Positions 1 through 7,859 of a stretch of 16,722 bases of DNA are shown piece after piece; position 1 is the first letter of the stretch, and each line of letters opens with the position of its first letter. Source of the stretch: Planctomycetota bacterium. GTDB lineage: Bacteria; Planctomycetota; UBA1135. The notes under the pieces are model-generated. The model worked only from the letters and a program-made list of their open reading frames with translations, did not search any database and had not been told where the DNA came from. Both the position numbers and the translations under genes were made by a program. The stretch spans positions 1 to 16,722 of the forward strand of contig JASFYO010000011.1 in assembly GCA_045047305.1 (NCBI GenBank). Reading direction: 5' to 3'.

Positions 1-29
1 CTCCAGCGCTGGAGTGCGGGTTTCTTTTT
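1..29 (+). terminator. Probable rho-independent terminator (left arm truncated by the window edge), possibly bidirectional
   Basis: Perfect palindrome CTCCAGC/GCTGGAG at 1-14, followed by TGCGGG and a T-rich tail TTTCTTTTT (21-29). It lies just past the stop of the minus-strand gene ending at 55. Confidence 0.65.
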
Positions 30-54
30 GAGTCCAGCAGTAAGGCAGACTCGC

Positions 55-1944
55 TTAGGAAATCACCACCGTCACACTGTCGGCCGCGCTGCCTAGGCTC
101 GAATTTGCCTGCACGTCGAAGGTGTAGGTGCCCGCGGACAAGGTTCCAGGGACTAGCAACTGCACCACGCGTACCGTTTCATCTGCACTGCGGAAGACGC
201 TCGCATGAGGTCCGGAGAAGCGTGGGAGGATGTCGGCGTTAGTCAGACCAAGATGTGCGGCGGTGAGATTTACGCTGTAGCTTGAAAGTGCGGCAAGGCC
301 ATCGCTGGCACCGATAGCTAGCTCTAGAGTAAAGGGCACGCCTACTGCAACATTGAGACTATCGGAACTTAGAGTTGCGATGACGTCTGCGGTTTCAAGC
401 CCAGTGTGCAAGACGTAGATATCGCCCGCGCCGATATTGCCAACCGGATCGGTGTAGTCAGCTCGGTAGTAGATGATGCGATCCGCACCAAGACCGGTCA
501 AAGTGGTGTGGTGAAAAAGACGTGCGCGATTGTCGTCTCCCACGGCTTGATGACCAAAGCTCAGGTCCTCTCCGTATTCCACTGTGAGTGTGCCAAGGTC
601 AGGCATGTTGCCCAGGGTGTCAAGATAGGTGCTGAGTTCCCACTCCCCTGCTGCCAAAGTTGCGTTCGCATTCAGCATCTTGCTCGGTGGTGGAGCATCG
701 ATATCCAACTGTGCCAGTTTGCCCGCACGGAATGGCTGGTACAGCGGATCACCCAAATAGAGATTTGTCCAGCGCACTTTGGAATCACTAATGCGCGCGG
801 CCTCAGCAAATGGGTATCCATTTGCCATGTAGTAGGCGAAGACTTCAGGGTAGGGATGCCCATTCAAGTATGGCTCGGCAATCACGCCGGTTCCGCAAGT
901 TAATCCCTGATGCAAAGACTCCGAGAGAAAAGTGCCTGGATTCTCCTGACGTAAACGCGAAACCGAATTCGAGTTCAAGTCACAAGCCATCGAGCCAACC
1001 ATCCAAGTGAAAACATCATGATAGATGTTGAAGTTATACCAGCCTTCATAAAGCATGGCGCTCGGTGCGGTGAGAGCTGAGGTGCCGTCTTCCCACTTCG
1101 CATTGGGTTCTCCAATCTCAGTTGCGTAAGGCTCCCAACGCAAGTCAAAACCAGCTTGCTGCATCCAATCACGACCATAGGCCATGTCCTTATCCGCATT
1201 CGCATAAGTAAAGTGATTGAAAGGATAGTTCGCTAAATCATTGGCCGTGTACGCGCCATAACGCGTATCGCAATAGGCTGTTCCAGTGTAATGGCCAGGT
1301 TGATTAGAGAGGTAGACATCGCCATAAAGCGCACTATCCACCATTTCCATGGCATGTTCCTTCGTGAGCCCATCAATACGCGACACTAAGTAAGTACGAT
1401 GCAAGCCATAGCGATCCGTATCTGGATCAAATCGCCCTGGTTCCACTCCAATGGTGGGAGAAGAATCAAAGTAAAAATCTGCATGCCCATAAGTGGCGTA
1501 AAGGGGCGTAGAACGAGTGCCAAGGTCCCAGAGGTGAATCAATGTGGTATCCAATCCACGGGTAGAGAATCCTGGAGGTATCACGCGCATGGGGACACCG
1601 TAGACAAACAAAAACCCAAGAACGTGGGTGTTGACATCATCGACCACTTTGGCGCGTAGTGGAAGAATCATTTCATCCCAAAAATCCTCCCATCCGGATT
1701 GCCCTGCATAGTAATCCAAGGTTCCGTGAGAGAAATCAATGCCCAAAATGTTCTCCACCGGCGCACCCCGACGTTTCGCCCAGTGAGCAGCCACCTCTTC
1801 CGAATCATTGATGCCGTTGCCGTCGGCATCGGGCCAATTGGTGTTGTAAACCACAATCCAGCGATCGGCAAGTTGCTCCGGATCCGGATCGTATGGACTT
1901 TGTGCAGGAAAGAGGAGAGGGGCTGCAAGAAGGGACAAGAGCAT
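55..1944 (-). CDS. Secreted TIGR03790-family protein with C-terminal FN3/Ig-like beta domains
   Basis: 629-aa ORF with signal peptide (MLLSLLAAPLLFPAQ). Family-typical motifs: VVYN..DSEEVA.HW...RG.P, YLVSRIDG, YEGWY, G.T...G...EPY....P.P, GY.FAEA, LYLGDPLYQPF. The C-terminal TLTVEYG...HHTTLTGL....YYRA looks FN3-like. Confidence 0.8.
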   Translation of the reverse strand: MLLSLLAAPLLFPAQSPYDPDPEQLADRWIVVYNTNWPDADGNGINDSEEVAAHWAKRRGAPVENILGIDFSHGTLDYYAGQSGWEDFWDEMILPLRAKVVDDVNTHVLGFLFVYGVPMRVIPPGFSTRGLDTTLIHLWDLGTRSTPLYATYGHADFYFDSSPTIGVEPGRFDPDTDRYGLHRTYLVSRIDGLTKEHAMEMVDSALYGDVYLSNQPGHYTGTAYCDTRYGAYTANDLANYPFNHFTYANADKDMAYGRDWMQQAGFDLRWEPYATEIGEPNAKWEDGTSALTAPSAMLYEGWYNFNIYHDVFTWMVGSMACDLNSNSVSRLRQENPGTFLSESLHQGLTCGTGVIAEPYLNGHPYPEVFAYYMANGYPFAEAARISDSKVRWTNLYLGDPLYQPFRAGKLAQLDIDAPPPSKMLNANATLAAGEWELSTYLDTLGNMPDLGTLTVEYGEDLSFGHQAVGDDNRARLFHHTTLTGLGADRIIYYRADYTDPVGNIGAGDIYVLHTGLETADVIATLSSDSLNVAVGVPFTLELAIGASDGLAALSSYSVNLTAAHLGLTNADILPRFSGPHASVFRSADETVRVVQLLVPGTLSAGTYTFDVQANSSLGSAADSVTVVIS

Positions 1945-1950
1945 CCCCCT

Positions 1951-1959
1951 ATGCTAGCA
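1951..1959 (-). promoter_or_regulatory. Extended -10 element (TG-C-TAGCAT) 6 nt upstream of ATG; candidate leaderless promoter
   Basis: Minus strand reads tgcTAGCATagggggATG, with the ATG at 1944. Confidence 0.5.
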
Positions 1960-2018
1960 GGGAATGAAAATGCCGCTCGAGCGCCATCCAGGTGCGCGAG
2001 TGGTAAACCTCGCTAACC

Positions 2019-3134
2019 TTACAGGTCCAAGTTGAGATCAATCCGGAAACGATAGACGGTTTCGTCGACCGAGCCTGGCAGCAACTCATTGGGCTCCGAA
2101 GCCATCACCCAAATATGGAGTGCAGTGCGCTCGGTCAAGGTTTTCTTCCAACCCAACATGTGATTGTCGAAGTTAGTCGTGGAAAGCATGTCGTCTTGGC
2201 TAATAAGGGTGAGCACGGCATCCTGCTCGATACTGGAAAACTGATAGTAGAACTTACCAACGTTGGTATTCATTGCAGCGCCTATCGCCATCCCGCTATC
2301 GCCAACCGAATCTGCGGCGCGGATGTTATTAATCGCTTCTGCAGAGATGACAAAGCCACCGAGGTGATAGGCAAGTACCGCATCAAGGATGCCGAAATCG
2401 GAAGTCAACTCCGCTCCAGTCAAAGCATTGCCGCGCAAATCAGCGGTCAGAACCGCACTTCCTCCTGGAGTGAGATCGCCAAAAAAACTGTAGCTGATAC
2501 CACCATCAAGCCTTTGCCCTTCCCCCGTCTTCTTGGAGAAGTTAGCGCCAATCAAAGTGGCCCAAGATTCTTCCGATGCACTTTGCTCAAGCACCGCCAG
2601 CTGCGCAACTTGAAAGCCAACTGCATCAAAAAAAGTGCCGTCGTTCTGAGTGAAAACTGCGGCAATACCTTCCGGTTGGATATCTGCATCCCAGACCAGT
2701 TCCCCGTAAACCGGGTTGCGATAAATCGGATTGCCAAACTTACCACCGACAACCGTTAAACCTGGAACATCCAATGGTTTGTACTGCACAAACAGGCGAT
2801 CAAGGCTTAATTGGAAGCTTTGAAAGCCATTGCCCAAGTCCACGTGTGGGCTACGTGGGTCATCGGAATTACCCGTGGTAAGGCGAGCACCCACCGTTAA
2901 CTCATCACTGATGATGAAGTTGCCGCCAAAACGAAAACGCAGGCGCTGGCGGTGCCGATCTGAGGTTCCGGGTGCATTGTCATTGAACTCCAACCGAAAG
3001 CGAGCATCGCCACTGAAGGACCAGCGGCTTTCTTCTTGTTCTTGTTCTTGCGCCTGCACGGAGGAGCTTCCGAGCAGAGTTGCAACGATGACAGCCAGAG
3101 GAGCGAGCCTAGAAAATTTTGAGTTGTGCCACAT
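2019..3134 (-). CDS. Putative outer-membrane beta-barrel porin (Porin_5 / 'putative porin'-like)
   Basis: Likely start at ATG 3134 (MWHNSK...LAPLAVIVATLLGSSSVQA signal peptide). Motifs FSGDARFR.E, RHRQRLRFRFG, GARLTTGN.DDPRS, LDRLFVQY, GGKF.NP, LVWDADIQPEG; amphipathic C-terminal strand YRFRIDLNLDL. Confidence 0.8.
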   Translation of the reverse strand: MWHNSKFSRLAPLAVIVATLLGSSSVQAQEQEQEESRWSFSGDARFRLEFNDNAPGTSDRHRQRLRFRFGGNFIISDELTVGARLTTGNSDDPRSPHVDLGNGFQSFQLSLDRLFVQYKPLDVPGLTVVGGKFGNPIYRNPVYGELVWDADIQPEGIAAVFTQNDGTFFDAVGFQVAQLAVLEQSASEESWATLIGANFSKKTGEGQRLDGGISYSFFGDLTPGGSAVLTADLRGNALTGAELTSDFGILDAVLAYHLGGFVISAEAINNIRAADSVGDSGMAIGAAMNTNVGKFYYQFSSIEQDAVLTLISQDDMLSTTNFDNHMLGWKKTLTERTALHIWVMASEPNELLPGSVDETVYRFRIDLNLDL

Positions 3135-3238
3135 GAATGAGGGTTCCGAAACGGGGAAAGGGCAGATTATCGGCACCTGACAGCAAATGAAGATAATTCG
3201 CTCTTAAATTTTTCATCTCGCAAATTCCTGCCCCTGAC

Positions 3239-3244
3239 TACACT
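3239..3244 (+). promoter_or_regulatory. -10-like box TACACT 7 nt upstream of the pseudogene ATG
   Basis: TACACTcctattcATG with ATG at 3252 and no Shine-Dalgarno sequence. Confidence 0.4.
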
Positions 3245-3251
3245 CCTATTC

Positions 3252-3846
3252 ATGCCAGAAACCTGGGGTTAGATTGTGATTGGCTCCGGCTTTGGTGGTG
3301 CCGTCTCAGGCCTGCGATTCAGCCAAAAGGGATACCGAGTGCTCATGCTGGAAAAAGGCAAACGCTTTGCACCGAAGGATTTCCCGCGCTCCAATTAGCC
3401 TCCCAAACGGTGGTTGTGGGCACCCAGGCTCGGCTGCCGCAGCTGTCTTCTCACCTAGGCACTTCCGTTCGCACCAACTCCGAAGCCCTGCTTGGCGTCA
3501 CCACCATGCAAAAGGACTTAGACTTATCGAAAGGAATCGCAATCGTTTCGATTCTGCAGACGGATGATTATTCCCACCTCGAGCCAGTGCGTTATCCACG
3601 AGGTTCAGGCTTCTTCCGCCGCCTCATTTCCCGCGTGCAAAGATTTTGGCGCGAACCGCTACGTTGTTAGATGGCGTTGCCGGGAGCCTGGTCACAGAAG
3701 CGGTGTTAAGGATTCCATCGACCGAGCACAGGATTCATGGATATCCGGATTGCCTAATCATTGACGGATCAGCTATTTCCGCCAATCCAGGGGTCAATCC
3801 CTCCCTGACCATTACTGCTTTGGCCGAACGTGCGATGTCAAAAATT
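3252..3846 (+). pseudogene. Cholesterol oxidase (ChoD-type) / GMC oxidoreductase pseudogene with nonsense codons, frameshifts and several internal deletions
   Basis: From ATG 3252: [61 protein letters not shown] (FAD GxGxxG motif; TAG at 3270 and 3396). In another frame: LPQLSSHLGTSVRTNSEALLGV...SHLEPVRYPRGSGFFR (3434-3619). Then GVAGSLVTEAVLRIPST joined to EHRIHGYP..IIDGSAISANPGVNPSLTITALAERAMSKI (to 3846). These match the N-terminal, central and C-terminal parts of ChoD-like proteins but total only about 600 bp. Confidence 0.9.
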
Positions 3847-3856
3847 GAATCGATTA

Positions 3857-3865
3857 TGGTAGAAT
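3857..3865 (+). promoter_or_regulatory. Extended -10 element (TG-G-TAGAAT) for the decarboxylase gene run
   Basis: TATGGTAGAATccgcccaatcATG: 10 nt to ATG 3876, no SD. Confidence 0.55.
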
Positions 3866-3875
3866 CCGCCCAATC

Positions 3876-5264
3876 ATGGAATCAGCCTTCCACAACACCG
3901 TCCGTCTTGCGGAAGAACTTTTAGACGCCGAGGATTCCTCGGACCCCTTCAGTAGAAGGACGGCGCAGGAATATCGCGCCAAACTGGATTTAGGCTTAAA
4001 CCCCGAAGGGCGCCCGCCCGAGCAGGTTTACCAGAACATGCGCGAGCTGATGCTCGCCACACCACAAACCAGCAGCCCGCGATTCTTTAATCAGCTGTTC
4101 GCTGGTCGGCTCCCGATTGCAACCGCAGCCGATTGGTTAGCCGGTATGTTGAATGTGTCGATGTACACCTTCAAAGCTGCCGGCCCGATGATCTTAGCCG
4201 AGCAAGAAGTCGCATCGCGCATGTGCAAATTTGCAGGCTATGAAAACGGCGATGGCATCAGCGTGCCAGGCGGCTCGATTGCAAACCTCATTGCCATGTT
4301 GATGGGACGTAATCAAGCAGTACCGCAGCTGCGCGATGAAGGCGCAGACGGAAGACGTCTTACTTACTACGTTTCAAGTGAAGGCCATTACTCCATCAGC
4401 AAAAATGCTGGGGTGCTCGGCACTGGACGCAATAACGTGCGTAAAATTGCGGTGGATGCAAAGGGCAAAATGTGCCCGAAAGATTTGCGCGCAACCGTAG
4501 CTCGTGATTTGGCAGAGGGCGCAGTGCCATGTGCCATCATTGCCACGGCTGGCACCACCGTCATGGGTGAGTTTGATCCCATTCGAGCCATCGCAGAGAT
4601 TGCGCAGGAATTTGGGGTTTGGCTACACGTGGATGGAGCCTTTGGCGGCACCTTATTGCTGCATCCAGATGCACGTAAGAAACTAGATGGCGTCGAGCTT
4701 GCAGATTCACTCACTTGGGATGCGCATAAATCTATGGGTGTGCCCTTGATGTGCTCCATGCTGCTGACGAAAGATGCGCAAGTGATGCATCAAAACCTGA
4801 ATGAAGCTGCAGACTACCTATTCCAGGCTGATGACGAACGTCTGAATCCAGGTACTCGGTCGGTACAGTGTGGACGTCGCAATGACACGTTCAAGCTTTG
4901 GGCGGCATGGCAGCAACTCGGCGATCAAGGCTGGGCGGCGCGCATTGAGAAGCAACTCGGGTTAGCGCGTTATGCCGTGGCAAGAATTCAGAGGGAAGAG
5001 CAGTTAGAGCTAACCATTGAACCAGCATCAACGACAGTCTGCTTTACGGTGAAGGGCGTGGCCAGCCCTGCTATCTGCGATTACCTGCATGATTCTGGAA
5101 TCGCTTGGATTGGATATGGCAATGTGTTTGGAGAAAATGTCGTCCGCCTAGTCACTTCCAACCCAGATGTTAGTGAAGAAGATTTGGACAGCCTCTTCGA
5201 CTCGATACTCGCTGCCGCAGATTCCATTCTCGCAACGAGCCCTTCCAGCAGCCGTTCTTGCTAA
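3876..5264 (+). CDS. Group II PLP-dependent amino-acid decarboxylase, GAD/CSAD-like (probable cysteine-sulfinate or aspartate decarboxylase)
   Basis: 462 aa with PRFFNQLF, GDG..VPGGS.AN, HYSI.K.A, ATAGTTV.G.FDP, WLHVDGAFGG, ADSLTWDAHK (PLP lysine K285), YLFQ.D and QCGRRND..KLW. Confidence 0.9.
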   Translation: MESAFHNTVRLAEELLDAEDSSDPFSRRTAQEYRAKLDLGLNPEGRPPEQVYQNMRELMLATPQTSSPRFFNQLFAGRLPIATAADWLAGMLNVSMYTFKAAGPMILAEQEVASRMCKFAGYENGDGISVPGGSIANLIAMLMGRNQAVPQLRDEGADGRRLTYYVSSEGHYSISKNAGVLGTGRNNVRKIAVDAKGKMCPKDLRATVARDLAEGAVPCAIIATAGTTVMGEFDPIRAIAEIAQEFGVWLHVDGAFGGTLLLHPDARKKLDGVELADSLTWDAHKSMGVPLMCSMLLTKDAQVMHQNLNEAADYLFQADDERLNPGTRSVQCGRRNDTFKLWAAWQQLGDQGWAARIEKQLGLARYAVARIQREEQLELTIEPASTTVCFTVKGVASPAICDYLHDSGIAWIGYGNVFGENVVRLVTSNPDVSEEDLDSLFDSILAAADSILATSPSSSRSC

Positions 5265-6541
5265 CCGTACCTAAGGTTTTTCGTCAGTGGTTTCCACTGG
5301 CGGCCAGCTGGGCGCTTATGGGTGCCGAAGGACCTTTGTTCACATGGTTCATCGCATCCATGGCAGAACAAAAGATCAACCTTGCGGCATTCGGAAGTAT
5401 CGCATTCCCGATTGCCTTGGTGGTGGAAGGCCCCATCATCATGCTGCTGGCGGCATCGACTGCGCTGTGCCGCGATTGGGATTCCTACCGCAAGGTGCGC
5501 AGATTTATGTACGCCGCAGCAGCTGCGCTCACTTTGTTGCATATCTTGGTTGCCTTCACGCCTCTTTACGATTTAATCGCAGGAAAAATCATAGGTGTAC
5601 CGGAAGATATTCTCGCACCTGGACGGCTGGGCTTACAGATCCTAACTCCATGGACTGCCGCAATTGCATATCGGCGTTTTCTGCAAGGGGTGATGATTCG
5701 CTTTGGCAAAGCACGCTTGGTCATGATGGGCACTGGTTTACGTTTACTCGTGTTGCTGACTACCTTGACCTTGATGCGCGCCACGGGCTCATTCTCGGGG
5801 ATTATTGTCGGCACCACTGCGATTGCAGCTGGCGTTGTGGCGGAAGCCATTTTTGCACGTTGGGCAGTTGGCCCGATTCTGCGCGAGCAAATGCCACAAA
5901 CCGATACCTCGCAAGAACGCATCACGCGAAAAAGCTTCCTGCACTTCTATATCCCACTAGCTATGACCCCTTTGCTTACGCTCTTCATCGGCCCCGCCGG
6001 ATCCGCTGCGATGAGCCGCATGCCAAATGCAGAGCTCTCTTTACCAGCGTGGCAGGTCGTTCATGCAATTGTTTTCCTTACGCGTAGTACCGGCTTTGCA
6101 TTCAACGAAGTGGTGGTTGCGCAATGGGATCAGCCAGGCGCAAAGCAAGCGCTAACTAAGTTCGCGCTGAGCATTGCGCTGAGCACCTCCGGTGTATTAA
6201 TTTTGATTGCGGCAACACCTCTCTGCGATTTGATTCTTGGAGACCTTTACCATTTAGAGCCAGACCTCAAAGCAGTTTGCGCAACGGCACTACTATTCGC
6301 CATGTTCATGCCTGCCTATCAAGCTTTCCAAAGTTTATTCCAAGGTCAATTGGTGCATAGCAAACTCACCCGCGGCATCACCGAAGCGGTGGCGCTTTAT
6401 GTCATCGTCGCCTTAACTGGTTTACAGGTCAGTGTTTGGTGGGGCGCATTCACTGGTATCTACGCCGCACTCACGGTCTTCTCCATCGGCGGAATCTTGC
6501 AGACCTTTTGGCTCGCAAAGCGTGCTAATCTGCAGACATGA
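5258..6541 (+). CDS. MOP-superfamily (MATE/ANKH-like) multi-pass membrane transporter
   Basis: 427 aa, about 12 hydrophobic segments in two similar halves (W.PLAASWALM.../YIPLAMTPLLT...; RFLQGVMIR / SLFQGQLVH). The TTG start overlaps the upstream stop. Confidence 0.7.
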   Translation: MLTVPKVFRQWFPLAASWALMGAEGPLFTWFIASMAEQKINLAAFGSIAFPIALVVEGPIIMLLAASTALCRDWDSYRKVRRFMYAAAAALTLLHILVAFTPLYDLIAGKIIGVPEDILAPGRLGLQILTPWTAAIAYRRFLQGVMIRFGKARLVMMGTGLRLLVLLTTLTLMRATGSFSGIIVGTTAIAAGVVAEAIFARWAVGPILREQMPQTDTSQERITRKSFLHFYIPLAMTPLLTLFIGPAGSAAMSRMPNAELSLPAWQVVHAIVFLTRSTGFAFNEVVVAQWDQPGAKQALTKFALSIALSTSGVLILIAATPLCDLILGDLYHLEPDLKAVCATALLFAMFMPAYQAFQSLFQGQLVHSKLTRGITEAVALYVIVALTGLQVSVWWGAFTGIYAALTVFSIGGILQTFWLAKRANLQT

Positions 6542-7221
6542 GCAACTCTTCCCAATCCCCGAACAGCATCATGCTGACCGCCTCCGACATGAAAGCTGCG
6601 ATTGCTTTTTACGTTGATATCTGCGGCTTCGAGGTCAAAGAATCTTGGCCTGAAGGCGATAACCCCATGTGGGCGAACCTGGATTTGAACGGCCAGAGCG
6701 TCATGTTGGGCTGCCCGATGGAACCCGGAAAAGTGGAAGCCATGTGCAGTGGAAACGACAAGGAGTTGGCTTGGTTTGGCTCCGTGGCCGAAGAATGGCA
6801 AAACCATAAACCTGGCGTAGGCACCATGTTTTATCTCGCGGTCAAAGATGTCGATGCCTTCCACGGCGAAGTCATCCGACGTGGCGGCTCTCCCGCAACC
6901 GATCCAAAAACGCAGTTCTATGGATTACGTGACTTCGGAATCATAGATCCAACTGGATATCGTTTGGTTTTCTACAGCCCAGTGACGATGGACAAATGCC
7001 AGAGCTGCGGCATGCCGCTGGTCGAAGCAAAGCCTGGAGACATGTATTGCCACTATTGCCTGACCGACGACGGCAAGCTGAAGCCCTTCGCCGAGGTTTT
7101 AGAAGGAACGATTCAAGGCTACTTCATGGGCATGCAAAAAATGGAACGCGCAGAAGCTGAAGTTGCCGCCAAGGAAATGCTCGCCCAAATGCCTGCTTGG
7201 AATCAGGAATCATGCGCGTGA
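6538..7221 (+). CDS. VOC/glyoxalase-family protein fused to a C-terminal zinc-ribbon (Zn_ribbon_2-like) domain
   Basis: VOC motifs DMKAAIAFY...GF, FYLAVKDVDAFH and QFYGLRDFGIIDPTGY, followed by CQSCGMPL...YCHYC...EMLAQMPAW. ATGA overlap with the previous gene at 6538-6541. Confidence 0.85.
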   Translation: MSNSSQSPNSIMLTASDMKAAIAFYVDICGFEVKESWPEGDNPMWANLDLNGQSVMLGCPMEPGKVEAMCSGNDKELAWFGSVAEEWQNHKPGVGTMFYLAVKDVDAFHGEVIRRGGSPATDPKTQFYGLRDFGIIDPTGYRLVFYSPVTMDKCQSCGMPLVEAKPGDMYCHYCLTDDGKLKPFAEVLEGTIQGYFMGMQKMERAEAEVAAKEMLAQMPAWNQESCA

Positions 7222-7859
7222 GAGTTTCCTCCATCAAGATGGCTGGCTTCCTCCTTGCCCTGGCATCCGTGATTTCTTGTGCTGCACCGAGTGTCCGCGC
7301 CGACGTCATGGCTTTTGCCAACGCAGATGCTCCGCTTCAGGGAATGAATTCTTTTGCCTATGCTCCGACGGAAGACGAGACTCATGCCTTACGCAACCAG
7401 CAACTATTCAAAACCGTGCAAGAGCTGCTCGAGCAGCAAGGTTTGGTGGAAGCCGTAAACCCCAAATTTTTTATCACCCTGCGCACGAAGTCTGACCCAA
7501 CCACCATCGAAACACCGTCTTATTATGAAATGGGACCGCGCATAAGCCGAGGCTATTACCATACGGCCTACATGCGTGGCACCGATGGCAATCGCCATCC
7601 GACCCAGGTGTATGTTCCAGGCAGCATCGATTCTTACCCCTATCGTGTGCCAAGTCGCTCCATTCCGGCCTTCGCGCATCACTTAGACTTAGAAATGCGG
7701 GGGCAAAATGGTGAAATCTTATGGCAAGGCAGTATCGACTTAGTAGAAACCAGTCGAGATCTCACCAAATATATGAAGTTGTTCTTGCCGCAACTATTAG
7801 AGGAGTTCCCTGCGCCCAGTGGGAAGAGCATCGAGCGCAAGGCTTCCTTCGTTCACTAG
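7212..7859 (+). CDS. DUF4136-like lipoprotein
   Basis: Lipobox-like FLLALASVIS-C, then SFAYAP..., VQELLEQQGL, and a terminal LDLEM....GEILWQGS...LLEEFP pattern. The start is uncertain (ATG 7212, or GTG 7218 with GTGA overlap). Confidence 0.65.
   Translation: MRVRVSSIKMAGFLLALASVISCAAPSVRADVMAFANADAPLQGMNSFAYAPTEDETHALRNQQLFKTVQELLEQQGLVEAVNPKFFITLRTKSDPTTIETPSYYEMGPRISRGYYHTAYMRGTDGNRHPTQVYVPGSIDSYPYRVPSRSIPAFAHHLDLEMRGQNGEILWQGSIDLVETSRDLTKYMKLFLPQLLEEFPAPSGKSIERKASFVH

Noticed and set aside
1996..2013. Short inverted repeats GCGAG-N8-CTCGC (also GAGTC..GACTC at 30-52 and GAGTTGAACTC near 8732-8742)
   Set aside because: Stems of only about 5 bp with no U-tract and no recurrence; not supportable as terminators or REP elements.
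2115..2759. Long antisense ORFs (also 406-903, 11146-11781, 11991-12623)
   Set aside because: They lie wholly opposite well-supported genes and have no motifs; such ORFs are common at this GC content.
3033..3050. (TTCTTG)x3 tandem repeat
   Set aside because: It encodes a short in-frame QEQEQE linker after the porin signal peptide; too short and frame-neutral for phase variation.
3177..3193. Pho-box-like direct repeat upstream of the porin (TCTTCAT/CTGTCAG)
   Set aside because: The repeat period is 10 rather than 11 nt and the match is poor; no pst or pho genes are in the window.
3270..3398. Two in-frame TAGs at probable aromatic (Trp/Tyr) positions of the ChoD-like frame, suggesting amber recoding
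   Set aside because: TAG ends intact genes here (7857-7859, 7856-7858 on the minus strand, 8756-8758), and the same locus has frameshifts and lacks its catalytic motif, so ordinary pseudogenisation explains it.
5287..6087. 266-aa alternative-frame ORF inside the membrane-protein gene
   Set aside because: Arg/His/Cys-rich with no recognisable motifs; an expected shadow frame of a hydrophobic gene.
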